DNA from: Bdellovibrionota bacterium
GTDB taxonomy: Bacteria > Bdellovibrionota_C > UBA2361 > JBGSMV01
Length of the DNA stretch: 36,071 bases
Assembly: GCA_041739995.1 (NCBI GenBank)
Contig: JBGSMV010000070.1
Coordinates: 1-36,071 of the forward strand
Direction of reading: 5' to 3'
Shown here: positions 1-8,601 of the stretch, piece after piece
Numbering within the stretch: the first letter of the stretch is position 1
How the letters are laid out: each line of letters begins with the position of its first letter
The notes under the pieces: model-generated
The model's input: only the letters and a program-made list of their open reading frames with translations
What the model was told of the DNA's origin: nothing
Databases searched by the model: none
Position numbers and translations under genes: made by a program

Positions 1-72
1 TACGGATACTCCCGACTCGGATTCCTGCAGGATCTTCACGATCTTTTCTTCGCTAAATCGACTCTTCTTCAT
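1..72 (-). CDS. IS3-family transposase OrfA, N-terminal 24 aa (partial)
   Basis: Translated by hand: MKKSRFSEEKIVKILQESESGVSV, the typical IS3/IS407 OrfA N-terminus. Strong RBS upstream. Not in the supplied ORF track. Confidence 0.85.
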   Translation of the reverse strand, partial: MKKSRFSEEKIVKILQESESGVSV

Positions 73-141
73 TTTTCCTCCTTAACACAGTTAATGAGGA
101 AAACTAACTTCAGACTGGTCTACATTTCAGGGGGGACGTCA
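1..141 (-). mobile_element. Left end of an IS3-family (IS407-group-like) insertion sequence, running off the window start
   Basis: Minus strand starts TGACGTCCCCCCTGAAATGTAGACC at 141 (IS3-type TG terminus), followed by RBS AAGGAGG and an OrfA start at 72. Confidence 0.8.
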
Positions 142-364
142 TAAACTCCCACACACTCATCTCGTAACACGTTTGTGCGGTTAGGGATGACACCAACTTT
201 GGTTCGCCAATCCGTTCTTCGACTTTAAAGATCACCCCCCAAATGACTTCGCTTTGCGATTCGAAGAAGTAGCTGTTATAGGGAGAGATTGATTTACTTA
301 GACATCAAACCAAGAGCATGTTGCCGGTCGCACGAGAATAAAAAGTATCGGAGGAGCGAGAGGG

Positions 365-1912
365 ATGAAGGAGGCAATTGTCGCGATTTTCGCGGGTGTC
401 TATTTTTTGCTTGCCCCATTAAGCGCCTTCGCCCAGTTCTCTGGGTGGGTTGACTCCGTTGGGCCCGATCAAGTCACTGGATGGGCGTGCGGAAACTCTG
501 ACGGTAGAGCAGTGTGGGTCCATCTTTATGAAAACTCGACTTATCGAATCTCAACGACTTCTAATCGAATCCCTCGGCCCGACGCCGCGCCGTTGTGTGC
601 GGGGCAATCCTACATCGGATTCTCGGTCTCGCTTCCCACCCCCTCCGCTGGCCCTCACACTATTAAAACTTACGTCTCGGACTCGCCAATACCTTCCGCC
701 AGCGTCTTACTACCAGGAGCTCAGACTTTCACAATGCCAAGTGCTGACTTCATCGGACCAAAGCCGTTTGGCGTGATTGAAGGACTGTCCGGACAGGGCG
801 TATCCGGCTGGGCATGCGACCCAGATGCACCATCGTCGCCTCTGGATCTGGATGTTTACATTCAATTCGACCGGCACGGGAGCCTGTACTATCTGACAAG
901 CGGGCAAACCGTTTATCCGCGGGTGATTCCTCCCTGCGGGGCCAACGCCACCACAGCATTCAATATTTCTTTCCCACCGCTTCCGGGTGGCACCCACAAT
1001 ATCGTGGTCCGAGCCAGAAACGTCGGCCCAGGGTATGATAATCTCCTCGAGAAGTTCTATGCGGTGCCCTATTTTACCGAAGTACCCTATGAACTGGCTT
1101 ACAATGGTGATGCAAATTTTTACTCCGCTCCGGGATGTTGGAGAACTCCGGGTTTCGAATGGGTGAATATGACAGGGTGCCCGTCGGGTGTAACCGACGC
1201 TCTCTGGCTAATGGTTATCTCAGACACGATAAACACAAACGGTATTCCTGAACCACAGTCCGGCTACATTGGTTCGCCAAGCCGCGTTCGCTACGATGCC
1301 CTCCCCGGGGATGGGATGGTCTTCAAATTGAATACCTATCATCTGAGCGCACCAGACATGTACCCCTGGGACTACAATTTTCAGGCAATGTCGACCAATC
1401 TTGGAGGTACAAGTTTAAGCTCAGTTAACGAGCTTGTAGTCGAGGCGAGGGTTGGTACTCGACTTCCGAACGACTTTTATTACTACAACCCCTCGTTGAA
1501 AGGACCGAAGCCAGGTATCGAGACGGGGAACATCCCATGGATCCATGCGATTATCGCAGCGAGTTACACAGATACCTCGGACGGCAATTTCTATTGGGTT
1601 GAGGTCGTGCCGTTCCATCGCGAGGCTCAGGGCGGAACCACCTTGGGCTTCATTGGTGGACCCCCGAATGCCTTGAACGCGAGACTCTCAATAACAGATT
1701 CTCGGCTCAGTAACTCTATCGAGATTCCATCCACGATGCTATTAGGGGAAAGTAGAACAATTCGTATCGACATGAAGAGGGCATTCCAAGACGTCTTCCC
1801 AACGGTCGACATCTCCAACGTGGTCTTCGGAAACACGTATATGGGGACAGAACAGTACGGGCGAAATAGGATCGCTTTGAACCTCGAGCGCCTTGCAGTC
1901 CTCCCATATTAA
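365..1912 (+). CDS. Secreted hypothetical protein with two tandem 'G.(V/I)(D/E)...V.GWAC' Ig-like repeats
   Basis: 515 aa ORF with GGAGG upstream, signal peptide ending AFA-Q, and repeats FSGWVDSVGPDQVTGWACG... and PFGVIEGLSGQGVSGWACD... Confidence 0.75.
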   Translation: MKEAIVAIFAGVYFLLAPLSAFAQFSGWVDSVGPDQVTGWACGNSDGRAVWVHLYENSTYRISTTSNRIPRPDAAPLCAGQSYIGFSVSLPTPSAGPHTIKTYVSDSPIPSASVLLPGAQTFTMPSADFIGPKPFGVIEGLSGQGVSGWACDPDAPSSPLDLDVYIQFDRHGSLYYLTSGQTVYPRVIPPCGANATTAFNISFPPLPGGTHNIVVRARNVGPGYDNLLEKFYAVPYFTEVPYELAYNGDANFYSAPGCWRTPGFEWVNMTGCPSGVTDALWLMVISDTINTNGIPEPQSGYIGSPSRVRYDALPGDGMVFKLNTYHLSAPDMYPWDYNFQAMSTNLGGTSLSSVNELVVEARVGTRLPNDFYYYNPSLKGPKPGIETGNIPWIHAIIAASYTDTSDGNFYWVEVVPFHREAQGGTTLGFIGGPPNALNARLSITDSRLSNSIEIPSTMLLGESRTIRIDMKRAFQDVFPTVDISNVVFGNTYMGTEQYGRNRIALNLERLAVLPY

Positions 1913-1939
1913 TCAGGATTACACTCGGGTTCCGGGGCT

Positions 1940-3628
1940 CTAGTCTCGAAAGCTATTCGCCCGCGCATTGTCTAGCAAAAAAACCGCAGGGCGAGGGCGG
2001 TCACAGATTTCGGAATACTGTAGCAACCTCGCACGGTACTCGGCAGTAAATGTTAGGGCATCGTTTGGGGGCACAATTACATAAGTAAGCTTAGCGTCAT
2101 CGACAGGGTCGACTGCAAACCGTAATGACGACCCACGAAGCTGAAAACGAGTGTAAGCGCGCGCGGCTGGTGCGAATGGGGCAAGACCGGGCAGATTTCC
2201 CTCAAGTGTGACTAGGTCAAACTCCCGGCTCACCGCCCACTCTGGGCCCAGGCGCCTAGCCGCATCCTCCTGGATCAGACTAATCGGGGTGACATATGGA
2301 GAGGAGCAGGGCTTGGTGCGAAGGATTTGGATATTCTCGTACCCCTGGAGCAAGCCAAAGACTACTGTTGGGAACCATATGAACCTGTGAAACCAGCCGG
2401 AACTGCCAACTCCCGACACGGCCGCGTAAAAGGCGCCGGCGGTGAGGAGCATGACCGGAAACATAGTGAAGCGGAGGTACGTTTTACTAATCGCCAGGGG
2501 ACCAAACAATTCAAGGGCCAACAGTGACAACACGGCTACACCGACGGCCGGGAAAGCAGGGCTTCTCCATTCTCTTCCGTTCAAGGAAACCATCCAAGCC
2601 ATTGCAGCACAAACGATCGCGCCAGTGAGCCATGGCATGAGGAAGGGATACTTAAAGACAAAGCCCCCTAACCGCCGCTCGGGGTCACTTGGATCAAACA
2701 GCCCACCAATCCAAGACGATGTCGGAGCAATGGTTTTGAGATGCCACTGCTGAATCACGCGCAGCTGCAGGAAAAAATCGCCGGAGACGAGGAATTCGAG
2801 AAACGAAAGCGCCACCATTCCACCAATTAGTCCGAGCCCGAACGCAACAATGTCCCTAAGCGGAAATGCCCTCCAAGGAAGCCCCCTGGACGAGCGCATC
2901 AAGACCAGAAAAATGGTACCAGGAATATAGAATAGCGCGACGAGGGACGCACTTAACGCCCCCGCCTGTGCGAGCCCCGCAAGGCCCCATGACATCAAAG
3001 AGCGGGACGCCGCCGCTCGCTCGACCAGAAGAAGTGTAAGCAAGGAAAGCACCGCAACCGGGGCCTCAGAAAGCACCCTTGGTTGCGCGAGGTGGAAAGA
3101 TAAAAAGGGGACTGAGGCGGCAGCAGCAAGGCTCGCTCTCCATCCCCCCCCCCATTTTCTGAAAAGCGCGAAGACGAGGATCATGCATGCAACATGGGGA
3201 CCTACTGCCGAGAACCAATAGGATAATTCACCCGGCCCAATGAGCTTAAACCACACCCCCACTGGCAAGATTACGGGCCAACGAAGATAGTGGTGGAATG
3301 GGTGATTCGCTGACGGTGGCGAGTACTGCCCGGTCGCAAGCCCATATCCCGCATCGAAATAAAATATCTCGTCATCCGCAGAGGGAAGATGGGGAAAGGC
3401 CAAGAGTAGGACAGTGGTACCCACCACTAAAAAGACAGCGGTCAGGAGACCGATCAACGCACGTCCCCAACCCCTCGGCGATACGCCTACGCGGAACTCA
3501 GATGTCGCAGTGTCCTGGCTCACAGAATCTTTGTTCACCACATTATTAATTCTGATTCCGCGCCTGAGGTGCCGTGTGGCCCGTGTGATGCCTAAGTTTC
3601 CAGCAGTGGAAACCTCGGTCCGCTGCAT
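1940..3628 (-). CDS. Polytopic GT-C fold glycosyltransferase (ArnT/PMT-like); true start may be downstream of the annotated ATG
   Basis: Many hydrophobic TM segments, acidic 'DDE..Y' motif after the first TM, 'SE' motif (RVLSEAP), 'RF..P' motif, C-terminal soluble domain. Confidence 0.7.
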   Translation of the reverse strand: MQRTEVSTAGNLGITRATRHLRRGIRINNVVNKDSVSQDTATSEFRVGVSPRGWGRALIGLLTAVFLVVGTTVLLLAFPHLPSADDEIFYFDAGYGLATGQYSPPSANHPFHHYLRWPVILPVGVWFKLIGPGELSYWFSAVGPHVACMILVFALFRKWGGGWRASLAAAASVPFLSFHLAQPRVLSEAPVAVLSLLTLLLVERAAASRSLMSWGLAGLAQAGALSASLVALFYIPGTIFLVLMRSSRGLPWRAFPLRDIVAFGLGLIGGMVALSFLEFLVSGDFFLQLRVIQQWHLKTIAPTSSWIGGLFDPSDPERRLGGFVFKYPFLMPWLTGAIVCAAMAWMVSLNGREWRSPAFPAVGVAVLSLLALELFGPLAISKTYLRFTMFPVMLLTAGAFYAAVSGVGSSGWFHRFIWFPTVVFGLLQGYENIQILRTKPCSSPYVTPISLIQEDAARRLGPEWAVSREFDLVTLEGNLPGLAPFAPAARAYTRFQLRGSSLRFAVDPVDDAKLTYVIVPPNDALTFTAEYRARLLQYSEICDRPRPAVFLLDNARANSFRD

Positions 3629-3685
3629 TCTTCAAGAACGACCAAACAAGTCCAAAAACCGAAAAAAGCGAACCAAAAAAAGAAA

Positions 3686-3761
3686 TGGCGCGGCAGACGA
3701 GACTCGAACTCGCAGCCCTCAGCTTGAAAGGCTGATGCTCTACCAACTGAGCTACTTGGAA
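3686..3761 (-). tRNA. tRNA-like gene with UUC (Glu) anticodon and a mispaired acceptor stem (chimeric or pseudo-tRNA)
   Basis: Minus strand: TTCCAAG TA GCTC AGTTGGTA GAGC A TCAGC CTTTCAA GCTGA GGGCT GCGAG TTCGAGT CTCGT CTGCCGC G CCA (76 nt). D, anticodon and T arms pair. Acceptor TTCCAAG/CTGCCGC has only 2 Watson-Crick pairs. Confidence 0.85.
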
Positions 3762-3772
3762 ACCCTCTAAGA

Positions 3773-3808
3773 GCGCCGGATTATGCCCAATCAGCCGAAC
3801 ATTGTAAA
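3773..3808 (-). promoter_or_regulatory. Sigma70-type stable-RNA promoter for the tRNA
   Basis: TTTACA (3808-3803), 17-nt spacer, CATAAT (3785-3780), then GC-rich discriminator CCGGCGC. The -10 element ends 18 nt upstream of tRNA position 1. Confidence 0.7.
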
Positions 3809-4153
3809 CCGCGCCCGAGAGGAAGAGTGGGGAGGCGCTCAGCGCATGGGACGGCACGGATCCGTTGCAGTCGGGGCAGCAAAAGAATACTTTCTGGCTA
3901 TGGTTAGGCGCTGGATGAGTGGGCAGCGGGCGAATCCCTCTCAAGTTTGGTATAGCCAGCCTTCGACAGTCTCGCAGCTCGCACTAGTCTGGACGGGACC
4001 ATACACATACCAACTCCTGCGAACCCCAAGCCGGCGGCCGTCTTCGGCGATGAATCTCTGCCTTGCCCGAGAGGTTATTGTAGGTAGTAGTGTTGTTTTG
4101 TAGTCAGCCGATGAGGATGGTGCCTACCCACGGCCATCAAGTTAAGCGAGGAT

Positions 4154-5462
4154 TTGCGATACTTCCTGAGTAAAAGGCATGAATTAGAAGACGAATTTTC
4201 GAGCAAACTTCCCGAAGGTACCAGTTTCCCCGAGCACCTACCGCGCCGAACGGAGATCCCCAATGAGGGTGAAGGTGAGGTGGCATTTGAGAAAGTCACC
4301 GAGCGCTTGGCTGCAGATAGGAGCCCCTTTTATGTGAAGCGCATAATCCGCCGCATTCGACGCAAAGCAGGGAGCCTCATATCACCTTCCGTTCCCCCTG
4401 TGGTGCTAGACGGCACCTCGGTGGATATATCCTTTTTGGTCTACGTACTGATGGCAAAGTACGTGTAGCATCTGCCGCTCGACCGCCAGGAGCAGATTTT
4501 GAAGGCACAGGGTATCAAAATCTCACGTGATACGTTGATTCGGTATGTGATCGCACTTTCTGACCTGCTTAAACCTATATACGTCGTGCTTGGAGTAACG
4601 CTTTTCTCCGGCAGCCACCTCTTTGGGGACGAAACCCCGGTTATGGTTGCCAAGCGCGACGCTCAGCGCAAGCGCTATAGCGAATCTTGGTTTTGGGCAT
4701 TTCTGGGGGGAAGCCGGCTGTGCATTTTTTCACGCTCCGTCACGCGCATTTAAAGAAGTAGCACCACTTCTCAACTCGTTTTCAGGATACTTACAGAGTG
4801 ATGGCTATAACGTCTATGAGAAGCTCGCTCGGCAGTATCCAGAGATTACGCTGGTCGGTTGTTGGGCACATGCACGGCGAAAGTTTGTCGATGCTGAGAA
4901 AGGCGGCAATACACCAAAGGCAAGTGAGGCGCTGCGTTATATTAGAGTGCTCTATCACGTTGAATCCCGCATTCGAGACGGAGAACTCAAGCCACCAGAA
5001 ATATTGCGCCTAAAGTCTCGGTTCTCAAGAACAATATTGGCGCTCTTTCATCACTGGCTGAGATCTCATACGCAGAGCCCGACGCGCCTTCCCAAATCTG
5101 TCTTCGGCACGGCGGTCGGCTATGCTCTCAAACGCTGGGAAGCTCTCTGTCGCTACACCGAAGATCCGATGCTGGCTATCGATTCCAATACCGTCGAGCG
5201 CGAAATTCGTCCGATCGCGCTCGGCGAAAAGAATTGGTTATTTTGCGCCAGTGAGGTAGGAACGCAAGCATCTGCCATTATCTATTCGCTGATCGCTTCG
5301 TGCCGTCTCGCTGACGTTGACCCAGCCGACTATCTTACTGATGTATTGGAGCGGATCTCAGAGCAACCTGCCTCTATGGTGCATCAGCTTATCCCGGTAA
5401 ATTGGAAACGCCTCCGCGAGGAAGAGAAAAAAACGGCGGCCAACGTACCACTGGCTGCTTAG
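4154..5462 (+). pseudogene. tnpC: IS66 transposase TnpC pseudogene
   Basis: KYV*HLPLDRQ with in-frame TAG at 4466-4468, DETP motif, frameshift at the G6 run 4705-4710, then SDGY, CWAHARRKF, ID.N..ER.IR, KNWLF and the C-terminal YL.DVL..I motif. Confidence 0.9.
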
Positions 5463-5494
5463 TCACGAAATAACGCCTCAGATGCGGCGCTTAC
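4154..5494 (+). mobile_element. Degenerate IS66-family element (right end intact; left end, tnpA and tnpB not found)
   Basis: TnpC motifs, plus terminal ...GATGCGGCGCTTAC ending at 5494 (reverse complement GTAAGCG, the IS66 terminus). Left boundary approximate. Confidence 0.8.
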
Positions 5495-5501
5495 ATTCCT
5501 G

Positions 5502-5510
5502 TGGTACGAT
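5502..5510 (+). promoter_or_regulatory. Possible extended -10 promoter (TGGTACGAT) giving a leaderless transcript
   Basis: TGn-TACGAT ends 6 nt before ATG 5517; no Shine-Dalgarno visible. Confidence 0.4.
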
Positions 5511-5516
5511 TGACCT

Positions 5517-6464
5517 ATGAGAATAGTATCCCTTGAACCCTATGTAACCGACATCGTGGTCCAGCTTGGACTCTCAGAGATGCTGGTCGGGGTTACGCAC
5601 CAGTGCCAAGAGACCCATGCCTTGAGCGGCGCTCAGGTAGTGACCCGCCCCTTGAGTCCCGACGAGAACCTTAAGGAGATGCCCGCGCGGGTGGGTAGCT
5701 TTTTTGCACTTTTCGATAAGGTCAAAGCTCTTAAACCGACTCATGTGTTACTCGGACTGCCACTTTCCGATCGGCCTAGCTTTGACGTGATTGGTTCTTC
5801 AGACACCACCGCTCTGCTTGAAGAGATTCACCATTTCCTTGCCGACAGCAGCGGGGCAGGGCCACTCGTGCATACCTATGCGCCCTCGACGCTGCATCAA
5901 ATATTCGAAACCTTTGAACAACTGGGGAAAGACCTTGGCTGCAAAGAGAAGGCGCGCGACTTCGCTCAGCGCATGCGCGCTCAAATCATGGACTGGGGTG
6001 ATAATTTCTACGATCGCATGAAGAACAAGCGAGTCACGATTCTTTTTGGCGTAGCACCCCTAAAACTTGCCGGACGTTGGATTCCCGACATGATTAATCT
6101 GGCGTCCTGCCTCTCACAAGAGCCAGTGGCCGGCGGCCCTCATCGAGAGGTGGCATGGAGTGACATTGTGCAGTTTAGGCCCGACGTGTTGCTGATCGCT
6201 CCGCTAGGAATGTCTCATGATCAGTCGCTCGCAACTTTCAAGGTGCTTGAGAAGATTCCAAACTGGGAAAGTGTACCGGCAGTGAAACGCGGAGAGGTGT
6301 TTTTCTTTCAAGGTGAGCACTTGCTGCATCGACCAGGTCCTTCGCTGTTGGACGGCATGGGGGTTTTAGTATCTTCAATTGCCGGCATAGAGAGCGGATA
6401 CATAACTAAGCGCGATAGTTTTGTGCGGCTTCGGTACCTGGAGATGCAGAGACATAGGTTCTAG
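5517..6464 (+). CDS. BtuF/FepB-like (cobalamin/siderophore) substrate-binding-fold protein lacking a signal peptide
   Basis: MRIVSL.P..T.IV..LG...LVGVTH.C N-terminus; AG.W.P.MI, PDV, W..VPAVK.G.V and RPGP motifs. Confidence 0.75.
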   Translation: MRIVSLEPYVTDIVVQLGLSEMLVGVTHQCQETHALSGAQVVTRPLSPDENLKEMPARVGSFFALFDKVKALKPTHVLLGLPLSDRPSFDVIGSSDTTALLEEIHHFLADSSGAGPLVHTYAPSTLHQIFETFEQLGKDLGCKEKARDFAQRMRAQIMDWGDNFYDRMKNKRVTILFGVAPLKLAGRWIPDMINLASCLSQEPVAGGPHREVAWSDIVQFRPDVLLIAPLGMSHDQSLATFKVLEKIPNWESVPAVKRGEVFFFQGEHLLHRPGPSLLDGMGVLVSSIAGIESGYITKRDSFVRLRYLEMQRHRF

Positions 6465-6583
6465 TGGACTCTCCCTCTTACCAGTGCGGTCGATGACTAA
6501 TACGAGCACGTGAAACGGGCATTTTTAGAAGTTGAGATAGAATTCGGAGGAGGTGAACCTCTCCCGAATCTATTAAGGTCACT

Positions 6584-7087
6584 ATGCTATTTCGAATTTT
6601 CACTATCCTGCTCACTCTGATGGTTTTTCACCTATCGGCTAGTGCTGCCTCTTCGGACAGAGGTCAGGTTCCCCATCATAGCTCGGACACCTCGGAGATT
6701 CTTGAATCGCTGGAGCATCGGAAAATATTTGGGAGCGTGGAGTCAAGGGAATTCAATCAGGGTGACACCCGTTTGTTCTTGGGGATCATTCGGTGCTCGC
6801 ACTCTGGTAGTAACTTTGGGAAAATTTTTATTTATAGATACAGCGAAAACAGTTGGTGGCTCGTCAAGGACGTTGAAGTAGTGGGAGGGTGCTTTATGTA
6901 TGATTTCTCCTTCGATCCTTCACTGGGTAAGCTGCTCTTTGACGTCAAGGAAATGTCAGGCGTGCAGGGCGGAAAGAGATCTGTGGACGTTCCTTCTAGC
7001 GAAAAGATCGGCACCCTAGTTTCGGAACGCCTAGACGGGCAAGGGGCTAGCAATCTAGACGTGCCTGACTTGTCGCCCCCCGATTGA
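6584..7087 (+). CDS. Small exported hypothetical protein
   Basis: 167 aa ORF, hydrophobic N-terminus ending in ASA; no family recognised. Confidence 0.55.
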   Translation: MLFRIFTILLTLMVFHLSASAASSDRGQVPHHSSDTSEILESLEHRKIFGSVESREFNQGDTRLFLGIIRCSHSGSNFGKIFIYRYSENSWWLVKDVEVVGGCFMYDFSFDPSLGKLLFDVKEMSGVQGGKRSVDVPSSEKIGTLVSERLDGQGASNLDVPDLSPPD

Positions 7088-7404
7088 AGAACATTGAAAG
7101 CTTCCGATTTTTTCGAGTATATCGACTATGTTACTTGACGGGTCTAGTCTCCGTCTCGCAGGCATTGTGGCCATACGAAACTTCCCTCTGCCCGATGAAA
7201 AGTCGCCCCCATCTCTCTTCAACGCCGTTCTATTGGCAACACCCAACAAACCTCAAAAGTTCTATAGAACACTCGGCTAACTATCCAATATCACTACAAT
7301 AGCCTTCCCCCTCGTGCTTGACCCCACATCGTATGATATCCTCCGCCGCTCCCTCCATTGGTGGGCAATTACATTTACCTAAACGAATAGATGGGCCTGT
7401 GCAT

Positions 7405-8601
7405 ATGGCGAACAGGGTTGTGGGGATCTCCCAAGATGGCGCTCGGACGGTGTCAAACCAGCTGAACCAGTCTTTTTCTAATCAGCACCCCGGCGGTGAT
7501 GACACGGAGTACAGTGCTCCGTTCGGTTTATCCGCGATCGTTCCTCTGTACAACGAAGAGGACAATGTAGTGAAGGTTTATGAAGAACTAAGCGCGGTTC
7601 TCAAAGACCTACAACATCGCCTAAGCCTTCAGTCGTCTGGTTCGGGCGAGACCAGTCCACAGCAAGCTTCTGCCTTCGACTACGAGATGATCTTTGTCGA
7701 CGACGGATCTCGTGACGAAACAGTCCAGAGACTTGTGGCCATAAGCGCCTCCGACCCGCACGTACGCATCGTCGAATTTCGTCGAAACTTCGGTCAGACC
7801 GCCGCCATGGCAGCCGGACTCGACCAAGCACGCTTCAGTATGGTCGCAACCCTAGACGGTGACTTACAAAACGATCCGCGAGAACTCCCTAAAATGGTTG
7901 AGAAGCTTTTCGAAGGCTTCGACTTGGTCGCGGGCTGGCGTAAGGATCGAAAGGACGCTTTCGTTACGCGAAAGTTTCCAAGCATGCTCGCCAATTGGCT
8001 AATTTCAAAGTCAACTCGCGTGCGCCTGCATGATTACGGATGCACGCTCAAACTAATGACCTACGATATTGCCAAAGGCATCAAGCTCTACGGAGAAATG
8101 CACCGCTTCATTCCGGCACTCGCTGACGAAATGGGTGCGCGCATTGCTGAAGTTCCCGTCAATCACCGAGCAAGACAGTTCGGCACATCAAAATATGGCA
8201 TCTCAAGAACGTTCCGAGTTATTCTGGACCTTGTGACCGTAAAGTTCTTGTTGAGCTACTCGAAGCGACCGATTCATTTGTTCGGCTCTATCGGACTCGG
8301 GTCCGCCACGATTGGTCTGGGCATGCTCGCAATAATGCTTTATCAGCGCACGTTCCTGGACATACCAATGGGCAACCGCCCACTGTTGGCGCTATCCATC
8401 ATGATGGTCATCATCGGCTTACAGTTCCTAGTGTTCGGACTTCTCGGTGAAGTGCTGGCGCGTACCTACTACGAGTCCCAAGGCAAGAAAGTCTATATGA
8501 TTCGTCGCATTCACCAGGTTCTTGGGCGCACTCCTCCAGAAGGATTGGAGCCAACATCAAACCCTGGAGGAGACACTCGTTTCCGCAAGGTTGCCAATTG
8601 A
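7405..8601 (+). CDS. GT2 polyprenol-phosphate glycosyltransferase (ArnC/GtrB/DPM-like); start uncertain (ORF open from 7318)
   Basis: VPLYNEE, VDDGSRD, RNFGQTAA, DGDLQNDP, DYGC, GEMHRFIP, two C-terminal TM helices. Confidence 0.92.
   Translation: MANRVVGISQDGARTVSNQLNQSFSNQHPGGDDTEYSAPFGLSAIVPLYNEEDNVVKVYEELSAVLKDLQHRLSLQSSGSGETSPQQASAFDYEMIFVDDGSRDETVQRLVAISASDPHVRIVEFRRNFGQTAAMAAGLDQARFSMVATLDGDLQNDPRELPKMVEKLFEGFDLVAGWRKDRKDAFVTRKFPSMLANWLISKSTRVRLHDYGCTLKLMTYDIAKGIKLYGEMHRFIPALADEMGARIAEVPVNHRARQFGTSKYGISRTFRVILDLVTVKFLLSYSKRPIHLFGSIGLGSATIGLGMLAIMLYQRTFLDIPMGNRPLLALSIMMVIIGLQFLVFGLLGEVLARTYYESQGKKVYMIRRIHQVLGRTPPEGLEPTSNPGGDTRFRKVAN

Noticed and set aside
2153..2164. GTAAGCGC as the IS66 left inverted repeat
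   Set aside because: It lies inside an intact CDS, the match ends after about 8 nt, and there is no target duplication.
3720..3736. Reading the anticodon as UCA (Sec or opal suppressor)
   Set aside because: Stem TCAGC/GCTGA fixes the loop as CT-TTC-AA, and there is no long variable arm.
3546..4103. ORFs 3546-3944(-), 3414-3770(+) and 3783-4103(+)
   Set aside because: They overlap the tRNA or its promoter and show no recognisable protein features.
4701..4712. Programmed frameshift in tnpC
   Set aside because: Not a known feature of IS66 tnpC, and a separate nonsense codon indicates decay.
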